From: Azolla caroliniana
Taxonomy: Eukaryota > Plantae > Polypodiophyta
DNA: 64,000 nucleotides
Assembly: GCA_043228905.1 (NCBI GenBank)
Contig: JBHGNT010000014.1
Span: forward strand, 9,176,001 to 9,240,000
Reading direction: 5' to 3'
Shown piece by piece: positions 25,351-36,690 of the stretch. Numbering within the stretch: the first letter of the stretch is position 1; each line of letters starts with the position of its first letter. The notes below the pieces were generated by a model. That model did not search any database and had not been told where the DNA came from. It saw only the letters and a program-made list of their open reading frames with translations. Both the position numbers and the translations under genes were made by a program.

Positions 25351-25841
25351 GACACCCTGTGTTAGGCTGTTGTCCGGCCCTAGGATTAACACACTCTCAC
25401 TTACAACTATCTTCAACAACCCCTTTTTTCTTTCTTTCTTTTTACCAACTACTTTTGACTTAGCTATATTTATACCCATATATATTGACTCGGGCTATTT
25501 ATAAATATAGCTCAGAGTCAGCTTCAGTCATTAGTCAAGTTGAATATCGATCAATTTTCTCTCTAGTGGGAGTTTAGACTACTCCTAACGATCCGATTCT
25601 TTGTGCAATATCTGAATTCCGATTCGGACAAGCCAGCTATCGTCCGACTCTTAATTGTCTATTATCTTTCTATGTATGCCTTCTCTTGAACAGGTACACT
25701 ACCATATCTCCACCCTATGCTTTCTTGCTAACTCCATAATAAGATCCACACATGCGTTTGCATCAGTCGACCAACCTCACATAGCAATAGTTGACAAAGA
25801 TACACACAATGTCCACACAAACAACCACCGTCCATAAACAG

Positions 25842-26339
25842 TGTCAGGATTCGATGGACAAGCTACATGAAGTAATAGCCAAAACGATAAGAAATAAATA
25901 ATAGCAATCAAACACACAACAATTATACGTAGAAACCCAAATCAGGGAAAAAACCATAGGACCCTTAGGGTACTAGAACTTCCATTATAACTCAGTTTAC
26001 AAGTGGGTACAATTTCCCCTACATATCATAGAGGAATACACAATCATCTAGGCAACAACTTGGGCAACAATATTCATCCAACAAGATGGAACAAGAAGAA
26101 GAAGAGCATGAGACACAAATCAGTAAAACCTAACTTAGAGGACAAGAAACCATCCAACCGTTGGATGTGAGTTTCTTGACGGCAAGAACAAACCCCACTA
26201 AATTTCAGCCCAAAATGAAGTCGTATGGTCGTTGATCGGAGCATATCGAATTAAGTACACAAACATCCTTTAGTATAAATCAAATCAAATCATTGTCACC
26301 ATATTTTAAACCATTTGACTAAGTAATCTTCGATTGACA
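25842..26339 (-). repeat. Possible degenerate copia solo LTR
   Basis: TGTCA...TGACA ends and an internal GAAACCC...GGGAAAAAACCA motif shared with other LTRs here (28210, 42585); no TSD found. Confidence 0.35.
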
Positions 26340-26931
26340 TCTGTTTGCCAAAATACTATGTTGTACTTCATGTATCTCGACTTTGTAAACAAGAAATTAT
26401 TATATATGCATGACTCTCATGCCATGATCTCTCTCTCTCTCTCTGCAGTGTAACGGCTCTCTCTGCCGTTGTTGTCGCTGTCGTTGCCATCGTCGTCGTC
26501 GTCTGCTCTCTCTCTCTCTCTCGCTTCCTCGTCTCTGTGTAACGGCTCTCTTTGCCGCTGTTGTCGCCGTTTAGTGTCGTTGTCATCGCCGTCGCCGTCG
26601 TCTGCAGCCGTTGCCTGCTGCCGACTGTTGCTGTCGTCGTCCGACGACTACCGCTGTCTGTGGCCGTCGCCGCCTGCTACCGTCTGCAGCCGTCTTCTGC
26701 CGTCTGCTACCGTCGTTTGACGACTACCGCCGTCACCGTCGCCGTCGCGGGGTGTTTCTTCTCCGTTTTCTCTTGACATTGTGAAGTGCCATTTTCTTGA
26801 CGAGTTCGTGGGTGGGTTCTTTTGGTGTGCTCGTCGCGTGCTACAAAATGCCGATGTGATTGTGACATACACACAAACCCGGCTAAGTCTCGAACCCATT
26901 TATTTTACCTTTTTTTCTTATTGACACCACA

Positions 26932-27726
26932 TTGACGTCTAAACGAACCAAGGAACATAAGGATATACAAGACGAGGCTATAAGTAAGGAGAACTTTTTA
27001 GATATGTTTAATCGTTTAACAAAAATAGAGATGGATATGAAAAAATGGGTGAAAGACACCAAAACCCACAAGAAAAAAGATAGAGAGGAAAAAGACGCCC
27101 TCAAGGCCGAAATAGAACAACTTAAAGTGGAAAACACCGACCTTAAAAAAAAACTTAAGGACATCGAGGTATCTCGAGAAGACGGTGAAATATCCTCTAT
27201 AGAGGATATAAAGGACGAAATTAAAAAAGTTAAAGAGGAAGTTAATAATAACATAGAGTTAGCTAAAACGGGTTGGGTAGATGTGGTTAAAAGAAACATT
27301 AAAAAAGAAATAAAAGATGAAAATATTGTTAATACCACCCTTGAAGAAGAGAAAATGCGTCAGGCCCGACGCTTAAATGTACGTGTCACTGGGCTCAAGG
27401 AAGGTGCACAAACACTTGGGAAAATCTTAGGGTACACAGAGGCCCTACCTATCACCAAAGCATGGAGGGCCGGGTGTGACACAACTAGGAAGAGAGCCTT
27501 AGTACTTCAATTTAAAGACTTAGACTCTAGAATCACTTTCTTTAAGAAGAGACCAATCCTTCAAGGAATGGGTGGGGACCCCATCTATCTCGATGAAGAC
27601 CTCACTAAGATGCAAATTGAGCATCGCAAGAGTTGTATGCCACGAGTTATGCAAGCTCGTAAAGAAGGCCATCGCGCCTTTTACCGAGACGGGCGAGTCA
27701 TCATAAATGATCGCACTACTAATTGA
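26932..27726 (+). CDS. LINE ORF1 (coiled coil plus RRM-like and C-terminal domain)
   Basis: 264-aa open frame; heptad-rich N-terminus, RRLNVRVTGL, IYLDEDLTK, GRVIIN; start codon uncertain. Confidence 0.75.
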   Translation: MTSKRTKEHKDIQDEAISKENFLDMFNRLTKIEMDMKKWVKDTKTHKKKDREEKDALKAEIEQLKVENTDLKKKLKDIEVSREDGEISSIEDIKDEIKKVKEEVNNNIELAKTGWVDVVKRNIKKEIKDENIVNTTLEEEKMRQARRLNVRVTGLKEGAQTLGKILGYTEALPITKAWRAGCDTTRKRALVLQFKDLDSRITFFKKRPILQGMGGDPIYLDEDLTKMQIEHRKSCMPRVMQARKEGHRAFYRDGRVIINDRTTN

Positions 27727-28087
27727 CGGCGTGTGGCCCATGTGACAGAAAGTGCACTTAGGATGACCCTATGGAATTGTAATGGCGCACTCTGGGCACA
27801 CCCCGGCCGCCTAGAGGAGATACTAAAGGTATCTGATATACTTTTCTTGGTAGAAACACATCAGATCTCAAATACAGGACTCCCACGGGTCGAAGGATTC
27901 CGTTGGGAGTCCGCGTTTAGACACCTCACGTCGACACACTACTAGGGGATCTGGAGGTGTCGCGATACTATTTCGTAGAGAGCTACATAATAGGATAGAA
28001 ATAATGAAGATAGACCCAGAAGCTCGTTTTATGTGGGTGAAAGTCTCCACAGGCAAAGACCAGGCAGTATTTTTTGCCATTTGTTAC

Positions 28088-28922
28088 TGTTGAGAACTCG
28101 ACGTTCCTTATGTCCGACGCTCGGCCACAACCGAGATTCTTTTCATACACAGAAAAACAGGTAATGAAACGTGACACAAAGGGGAGAAATGGTACACAGG
28201 AGGTTTACGTGGAAAACCCCAAAATAAGGGAAAAACCACGGCAGCCCACAGGCTGCAAACTGTCACTATGTAGGAATATACAACAGTGAGTTCACTGAGG
28301 CAACGACCTCGTGCTCTCAGATCTTCGCCACAGGCGGCGGTTACAACAGAGGCAACGACCTCGTCTCTCTCTCTCTCTCTCTCTCTGTACAGTTACACGC
28401 TCTATCTTCTTCTTGCACCAACAAGGAAGAATAACAACAACAAAAAAAAACGACACACCTAAAAGTTTGCCCTAAGTCATATTTATACTAATATGACTTT
28501 TCGGCTATTTACAAATGTAGCCTCGATGGGCTCTCAGAAACATATTTACAAATATGTCTCTTCCTCTGGTTCATACCGGGCATGCACCATCCGGCTCTCC
28601 GTAGTCGGGTACTCCCCATCCGGTTCATACCGGGCCTACACCATCCGGCTCTCCGCAGTCGGGTACTCCCCATCCGGTTCATATCGGGCCTACACCATCC
28701 GGCTCTCCGCAGTCGGGTACTCCCCATCAGGTTCATACCGGGCCTACACCATCCGGCTCTCCGCAGTCGGGTACTCCCCATCCGGTTCATACCGGGCCTA
28801 CACCATCCGACTGTCCGCAGTCGGGTACTCCCCATCCGGTTCATACCGTTTCGGCCTCGGCCTTGTTTGTTCGTCGGCACTGTTCTTCTCCCTTCCCATC
28901 CGGAGGGACCTGTCTCCCAACA
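28088..28922 (-). repeat. Solo LTR (family-B copia, 835 bp) inserted in the LINE endonuclease
   Basis: TGTTG...CAACA; imperfect TSD GTTAC/ATTAC; LINE frame AICY|YFPP resumes; similar to LTRs at 49801 and 50967. Confidence 0.88.
28568..28848. repeat. 54-bp tandem repeat x5 within the solo LTR
   Basis: GGTTCATA recurs at 28568, 28622, 28676, 28730, 28784 and 28838. Confidence 0.95.
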
Positions 28923-31900
28923 ATTACTTTCCCCCAAAAGGATCCCGTTATAATATTGGTGGCTTGGCGAGATTAGTCGATGAAGGAATGCCACATGGGC
29001 CTTCTCCATACGAACCCCTATCAGATGACATAATCCAATATTCTTCCCAAGGAGAAGTATTTCTTGTAGGAGACTTCAATGCGAGAACCCAATCCCGACA
29101 ATGCACAGTATTTCAGATGAATAGAAACCTAGAAATGGTAAATGTTGATCCTTTAGACATAGGCACCACACGTAGATCAAAGGATCAAGGTGCGGACGCC
29201 ACGAGCTTTGGCCATCATCTGCTTGAACTTGGCAGTCGGCACTGGATGGTCATATATAATGGTTTAGCTAAGTGGCTGGGCTCGGAAGAGCTCACATGTT
29301 TCCCACATGGAGGAGGGGAAAGCACAGTTGACTATCTAATAGGGTGCCCTGAAGCTACCCACATGATTAACTCCTTCCGAGTGGACCCATGCCCTATTGG
29401 CGCAGACCATAGTTTCTTATACTTCGAGCTAAAATGTGATATCTCTAAGGTCACCAAGTCTAGTCAACCATGCCATCACACCACAATACATTTCACACAT
29501 GAGCTCTCTGACATATACTCTCAACATGTTCAGGCCCATCTCCCCTCCCTTGATCCCTCCCTACCGTTAGAAAGCCTTAGTACAAAACTCACACACATCC
29601 TTCACTCCGCAGCAGCTAGCAGTTTCCCATATACAAAACACTCAAATCAAGGTAGATCAGGATCAATGCCACAAAATAAATGGTATGATGAGGATTGTAG
29701 GGACTTACATAGACAACTTACAGTATCGCAACTCAATGGTAGTATTACCTCCATACAAGCTCGCAAAGAAATGAGCAAGATGACACGTCATAAGAGACGA
29801 GTGTGGGAGGCATCCCAATATTGGGAACTCTTCCATATGCTCATGAGTAGCGATTGTGCCACGGCATGGAAGAGACTACGGGAGCCAAGAACACAAACAC
29901 CCATCGAAGATCCCGAAACTTGGCACACATATACAGAGAGACTTTACCAAATCCCAAACCAACCACCCATTCCAATGCCTTCCACACCCCGGCCTACCAC
30001 GGGGACACTTTTCACGACCTCTAGGGTCGTGAAGGTCATAATGAAATTACAACATAGGAAGTCCATGGACCACACAGGATTGCGAGCAAAACACATTATA
30101 TATGCGAGAGAGTGCCTAGCTCCCTTGCTAACTCTAATCTTCAATCGTGCCCTTGCAGAGGGTTTTCCACCACAGTGGCCCCCATACATAAAGGGGGGGA
30201 CCCCATGGACCCAAATACATATAGGACCATTATGATAGGCCATACCCTTGCTAAGTTATATGGTGCAGTAATGGAAGCAGAGCTTAGCGACTATATGGAG
30301 ACCGTAAACCTTCGTGCACCTGAACAAGCTGGCTTTAGACGAGCCTTCTCCGCTATTGATCACATCTTCACACTTAGATTCCTAATTGACCAAACTAAGG
30401 CTCGCAAGAAGAAATTATATTGCTGTTTTGTGGACTTCCGCAAAGCCTTTGATACAGTCCCTAGAGAGCGGTTGTTTGATAGACTTAAAAGCTTGAGGAT
30501 ACCAGATGATATGGTATGGGCCATCTACGCACTATATGAACAAGTGTCCGGGTGTGTCCGATGCCCAAGTAGCCTATCTAATCGTTTCACTAGCACTATT
30601 GGTGTAAAACAAGGTTGCCCCCTATCACTGACACTTTTTGGGATCTACATTGATGAGATCACAGATTTTATTGCTCGTGAGGGAGGCACCGGAGTGGTCC
30701 TTGGGGATACGCAGGTTCGTATCTTGCTCTATGCGGATGACATAGTTTTGCTCTCTGAATCCGAACACGACCTACAAAGGCACCTTAATGCCTTAGATGA
30801 CTTTTGTGTACAACGAGGATTGGTAGTGAATCTAGGGAAAACGAAAGTTCTTATCTTCCACACATCGGCCCAAGTTAGAGCTAAGTGTCACCTAACTATC
30901 TCCCATAGCCCAGTCGAGGTGGTTGGATCATACGTCTATCTCGGAGTCACTTTTAGTGCCCGCTCAGGTAAATTTTCGATGACACAGGCAACGAAGGATA
31001 GACTCACGAGAGGACATGCATCCCTCTCACTCCTAGAGAGACAATGCAACCAAGCACACTTTCAAGAGCCACAGACTAAAGGGTGGCTCTTTGACTCATT
31101 AGTGACCCCCTCCCTCATGTATGCATCAACGGTTTGGGCTCCAGGATTACCATCTTTCATGTGGACGCAATTAGAGAGACCATTGGTGATGATGCTATCA
31201 CGCCAACTCCGAAGCAAATCGACTGTACCACATGACATTATTAGGGCTGAGTTCACGTTACCCCCAATGTTAGTAGAGGCACTTTTTCAACTTGTAGTCT
31301 TCATTCACAGGATACATAGCCAACCACATGATAGAATATCTCATCAAGCCTTTAAGGCCTCTCGATCATTGTATGAGTCCGGCTATACTAGCTCATGCTA
31401 TGGCATGATGGTGAGTTGGCTTCTTGCGAATGGTCTAGACATTAATCACCTACCTCCCCTTAGGTACAACCACACGAGTGATAACACTTTAATCTCTCAT
31501 GAGGACCGCAATAAAGTAATATGCCAAGAAATATGGCAAATTTACACTCGGTGTAAATGGATCACCCCACTAGAGCCACTCCCATCTAAAATGTTGTACT
31601 ATAAGAAACACTTCATGCACTTCTCTTAGTTAGGTTTTATCACACGGCCAAAATATCTAGATGTATTCTTACCACATGCACTAAGGGTTGCCATTGGACA
31701 ACTTAGAATATCATCTCACCAACTTGAGATTGAGAATGGCCGTACTAGTGGAGTCCCTAGGGAGGAAAGGATATGTAGGTTATGTCACATAGAGACAGAG
31801 GATGAGTACCACTTTACATGCAAGTGTCCAACCTATGCCGAGATAAGGGCAAAATACCAAGATATACTTGGTTCGTCTCCCACCCTCCCCAAACTATTAG

Positions 31901-32483
31901 ATACTCTAGATATAAAGAAATTAGGCAAATACATTCTAGAGCTAAAACAACACAGAGAGAATAAGTTACAAAATGTTGACAATAATGTTGCTAATGATCA
32001 CGAACATGTAACAAATGAAGTTTTACAGGAACAGGAGGAGACAACGAATGCCGACACACTTGCACCACTCGGCCTTTCCATTGATGAGGCAGAAAACCAG
32101 AGAAGAACCAGACGTCCTCAGGTGCCGGGTTTCAAAGCAACTCGACGTGATGTGGAAGCAATATTGGAAATAAGGGAACGTGAGCTACACCACCTAGAGG
32201 CCATGGCTAGGGCACTCTCTACATTGGAACCATGGGTCACACCCACATCAAGACCCTTTGACCCCCCACTTCTTTTCGAGAGGCTTGGGTGGAAATAAAA
32301 TTAGGCTTAGTGTATAGTCACTTTCGAGTATACTATGTATTGTACACTACTAGAACTCCTTTAGTTTAAGTTCTATTTTTTACTTTATTTTATTTTAGTT
32401 ATGATGACTGGATAAATACTCTTTTGTTGTAAACCAATTGTCTCATGGGCCAAATTTGGCCTTAGAAGACGTTAATATATCTT

Positions 32484-32565
<82 letters not shown>

Positions 32566-32765
32566 TCGATCGAGCCCAATCTTTGCATGAATTCCTCTCA
32601 CAACCACAATGTGCACTCTCGATTGCAACATTCATTGGTAAAGTTCTTGAACATAGAGAGTCACTACTCACTTTCACACGTATCACGTGAAATGTAATAT
32701 TTTTGGTCTCATAGGTCATATTTGACCTCCGAAGACGATAATATAATCTATCTATCTATCTATCT
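32566..32765 (+). mobile_element. Short 3' fragment of a related LINE, or a SINE sharing its 3' end
   Basis: GTCTCAT-hairpin-GAAGACG-AATATA-(ATCT)n repeats the 3' terminus seen at 32440-32480. Confidence 0.5.
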
Positions 32766-33538
32766 CTCCCCTCTAGAGTACGATGATCCACACCCTCATT
32801 CTCTTCATCCTCCTTATTACATTTGTTGAGCTTCTGAGGGTTGTGATAAGGTTCCTCAATAAGTTCTAAATGTCATTTCAATTATTTGCCTCTCCTTCAT
32901 TGATGAGCTTCAATTTTGAGGGTTGTTTAATCTCTTTTACATTCTCTCGCAATGATGAATTATTGAGCCAATAACATTGTAACATAATCGAATATGGTGA
33001 CATGCAACGACATCAAAGATGTGATGTTGTTAGATCTATTCTCCCATTGCTTTTGCTCATTGCTAAATAACCTTGTAGACTTGCAAGAACATCCCAACAA
33101 CATAGATAAACATTGAAGAAGAAGAATATGACAATTGTAAACTTGAAACTTGTAAAAGAAGATTATAGATAGTAGCTGACATGGTAGAGGGAACAATCAA
33201 AATAGAAATCGGTATCCTTTGCCATTTTCTTTTTAAATAATTTGTCTGTTGTTTGAACTATGAGTTTGAAATACACCATCACATATACATACTACCAATC
33301 CCCCAAAGCTTCAAAGGAAGCAAGAAATATTTATATTACTAGAGATACTAGAAATTTTGTTGAATAAAAAGAATGACTTGCAACATGAAAATATTTTGTG
33401 ATATGACAAATCATCTGTGCAATAAGTATGAGGGGGGTGAATGCATTTTGATGGCGTTTGAATGCATTTACTAAATGATAATGATGAGCATATGTATGCT
33501 TGGAAAATGTCTTATTTTGTTATCGCCCACAAGTTATC

Positions 33539-33751
33539 AAAACAAGGTGACAAAAATTCATAACAAAACATGATTGTGTTTTGAAGAATAAATTAATGGT
33601 TTACATATATTCTTTAAGTCCAATTTTACAAACATGTGGCAAGGTTAATTAAAACAAGGTGACAAAAATTCATAACAAAACATGATTGTGTTTTAAGAAT
33701 AAATTAATGGTTTAAATATATTCTTTAAGTCCAATTTTACAAACATGTGGC
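33539..33751. repeat. ~110-bp tandem duplication downstream of the host gene
   Basis: AAAACAAGGTGACAAAAATTC...AAACATGTGGC occurs twice. Confidence 0.9.
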
Positions 33752-33818
33752 CAAGCAAGGTTACATAGGTAGGTATTATTGGACCATACAATATGAGAAT
33801 GTGTTTGGAACCATTATC

Positions 33819-34356
33819 TTATTTAGTGACATATAGTTTCGGGTGGGTGTCGAGATAAGTGCCTGCAAGTTTATCACACCATGTAAAGTAGAGAGCCCGA
33901 TTAAATCGTGGATCCACATGGTGGAGATAATGGTGTAAGGGTCCTTGTGATCCTGGTGTAAAGAGAACGCCCAAAGACGTTGGCCCATATATCCATATAG
34001 GTACAGTACATCCACAATGGCCCATCATGTGAACATTGTTGATAGCAAATAATACAAATCCAAGATACAATGGATTCCACTCACCATAGGTATTGAGCCA
34101 AAGGACTACCATTACATAGAATAGTGAGATACATAGGCCGACATCCAAAGCCTCACTATAAGCTGTGTTGAAAACGGTAATATCTCCACCACAATTATGA
34201 TGTATCTGATGTAGTTTCCGATATATAGGTTTGATGTAGTGCATAGCTGTATGCACAAGAAAGAAGTGAGCATCATGCAAGACCATAACACACCAAGTGA
34301 ATAGAAGGGCTTCTTTTATCTCCAATGCAAAACGACAGTTGTAAAAATAAGTTTGC
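33819..34356 (-). CDS. Fatty acid hydroxylase / sterol desaturase superfamily protein, exon 2
   Basis: His boxes HTAMH, HQIHH and HHYLHH, plus GHCG and NRALYFTWCDKLAGT; acceptor TTTTTTGCAG at 34357; in frame with exon 1 (AG|G). Confidence 0.88.
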
Positions 34357-35390
34357 CTGCAAAAAAGAAAGAAAGGTACCCTGGGTTTAGAATGCAGTCT
34401 CATAGTTACATGATCCATAAATTTCATTCATTCACACGGTTCATTTACTATCAAATGGTCCAGGAGCTTTATACTTTGTGCTTCATTTGCATTCTACAAA
34501 TGTTTCCCGTATATCTGGGAATATATGTTGATTTATGAGTGTCTTTACACGGGAGGCTACGTTTAGAAGAGTTAAATTTGGTTGGAGCTGCGGTGTACAG
34601 AACCATAAAAGTGGGATTATCTGTTTCCTGGAAAGTTTCAAATGCTACAAATAAGGTTTGTCATCCCCAACATGAAGTAATTGGTAGGAGTTGAAATCTT
34701 ATATATAGGCATTGATAGTTAAATGTGGCATACAGGTAACGTCTATCAGCCATGTGTTGGGCTTATATGCACTTCTATATCCACTTTGGGTATACATAAT
34801 CATGGACTAAATTTGGTACGGATTTGAAAACTGGCAGTAGTAGGTCAATGCAATGAAGCTAATTAGTGTTTATATACGTGTAAATGGGAATTGAATAAAA
34901 AGCGAGAGATTTGGTGTGTTTAAAGTTGGTGACCTTAATTAAATGCACCCTCAAAAATATATTGGTATGGGATGTTAAAGAAAAGGACTTTACCCCCCTG
35001 TCGGTACAGGAAAAGACGTAAATTTGAGGAAAAAGCATACTGATACATGATCATCATGCGAGTAAAATCACGACCCAACAAAGATGCCCCAAAACATCCT
35101 CCTCCGTGTCAAGAAAAAGAATCCACCGTGTTTGAATTGTTGGGACTCAAAAGAAAAATTATCATGAATTGCTATGATTACGGTAGAAAGAGGTAGATCA
35201 TGTGCAGAATAAGAAGAAAGATTAAACTAGTATTTACTACTTGCTTTATTTTAACCCATGAATCATCTGCCTAACAAATTGGTGCGAATCGAAGAGAGGT
35301 CAATGTGAGGAAAAACGTTCAGACATGAATCCATTAGCCAAATCTCAGCAAATTGATGAGATTCATATAATGAATGCTAAGTACCTCTTC

Positions 35391-35424
<34 letters not shown>

Positions 35425-35707
35425 AATGAAACCCCGCCGCGCACTCTTAACTAAGTGATGCACACATGAGTGATGTGATGAAATAAATGTGAGGGATTGA
35501 TGAATCCAACATGTAAATTGGGTGGGTCGGATCAATCATGAAGTCTAGTTTAGAACATGGACACAGGGATTTTACGAATTTAGAGAGAGAGAGAGAGAGA
35601 GACTTAAGTTCTAGAGACTAACAAGCATGGGCGTGATCATAGATAACTTGGAGTGAATGAATGAGAATTGAGAAGAGATGATGGGGGTAGGGTGGGTTTG
35701 GTTTTAC

Positions 35708-35951
35708 CTGCAAGCGCACATGACGGCGGGGATGGGCATGAAGGCAAAGAAGGTGGTGAAGAAGTCGCGAGGGGCGGGGGAGAGGAGGAGGCCATTGGTG
35801 GTGGGGCCCAGGCGCTGGGAGTGACCATGCTTCTGCAACCACTCCAGCATGTGAAACCACGCCAGCTCCGTGCCCACGTGAAGCAGCGCAAACATGAACC
35901 CTCCCAGCACTCCCACGCCCCCGCACAGCATTATCTCTCGCAACATCTCAC

Positions 35952-35955
<4 letters not shown>
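35708..35955 (-). CDS. Fatty acid hydroxylase / sterol desaturase superfamily protein, exon 1
   Basis: ATG at 35955, hydrophobic N-terminus, donor CAG|GTAAAA; the spliced product is 261 aa across a 1351-bp intron; (GA)n in the 5' UTR. Confidence 0.75.
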
Positions 35956-36004
<49 letters not shown>

Positions 36005-36642
36005 TTCCCTCCTCTACTGTCTGTCTCTATGTCTGTCTGTATCTCTGTCTGTCTCTCTGTCTGTCTCTCTGTGTGGCTGCCTATGGCTCCTCCTCCTCCT
36101 CCTCCACTTCCTTCCTCCCTCTGCTCTGATCTGCTACCTGTTCTCTCCCTTGTATGTTTGTATGTATGTATATATTACAGGGGCATTAAATTAAATGGTT
36201 CTCCTTTTTGTCATTCCACCCATTGCCATTACGTTTTTCCTCCAACCCCTCTCTCTCTCTCTCTCTTCTCTCTTTTGCTTTAATGGACATGGAAGACGAG
36301 CACAATGCATCGATCGGACCATCCATCCATCCCCAAATGCTCGTCGCATGGGGGGGGGTACAATACAAAGGAGGTAGGTCCTTTGTTGGTTATGGCGCTT
36401 CCGTCAATTAAATGAGCAACTATCTGTCCCCAAATGATTGGAATTCATACACACGTTATTAAATGTATTCGTAGCCGGAGGATGCCATCTCCTTATAATT
36501 ACTTTTGCTGGTCATTTGCCTTTTCTGGGCAACTTTTTGCCAACTTTTGGTTTCCGCCTCTCATTTGCGACCAACCCAGCAGCAGCATAGCATTTCCTGT
36601 GGTTCATCCACCCATCCCATTTACTCTGCACCACAATCCTAC

Positions 36643-36690
<48 letters not shown>

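Larger units (their letters stand above)
12178..25391 (+). mobile_element. Non-chromovirus Ty3/gypsy element C1, 3' portion (accessory ORF plus 3' LTR split by element C2)
   Basis: Accessory ORF homologous to that of C2; same 3' motif before the LTR; LTR TGTTA (15532)...TAACA (25391) interrupted at the GACAC target site. Confidence 0.7.
27763..32298 (+). pseudogene. LINE ORF2 (APE endonuclease, RT, Cys/His motif), disrupted
   Basis: TLWNCNG, LVET, GSGGVA, VGDFNART, STVDY, ADH (APE); EQAGFR, FVDFRKAFD, GVKQGCPLS, LLYADD (RT); RICRLCH..EDEYHFTCKC; split by the LTR at 28088-28922, frameshifts, stop at 31627. Confidence 0.9.
26430..32565 (+). mobile_element. Non-LTR retrotransposon (APE-RT LINE, RTEX/L2-like), near full length, with a solo LTR inserted
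   Basis: GTC/GCC-rich 5' region, ORF1, ORF2 with APE and RT, C-terminal Cys motif, 3' hairpin and (CT)n tail; 5' boundary approximate. Confidence 0.85.
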
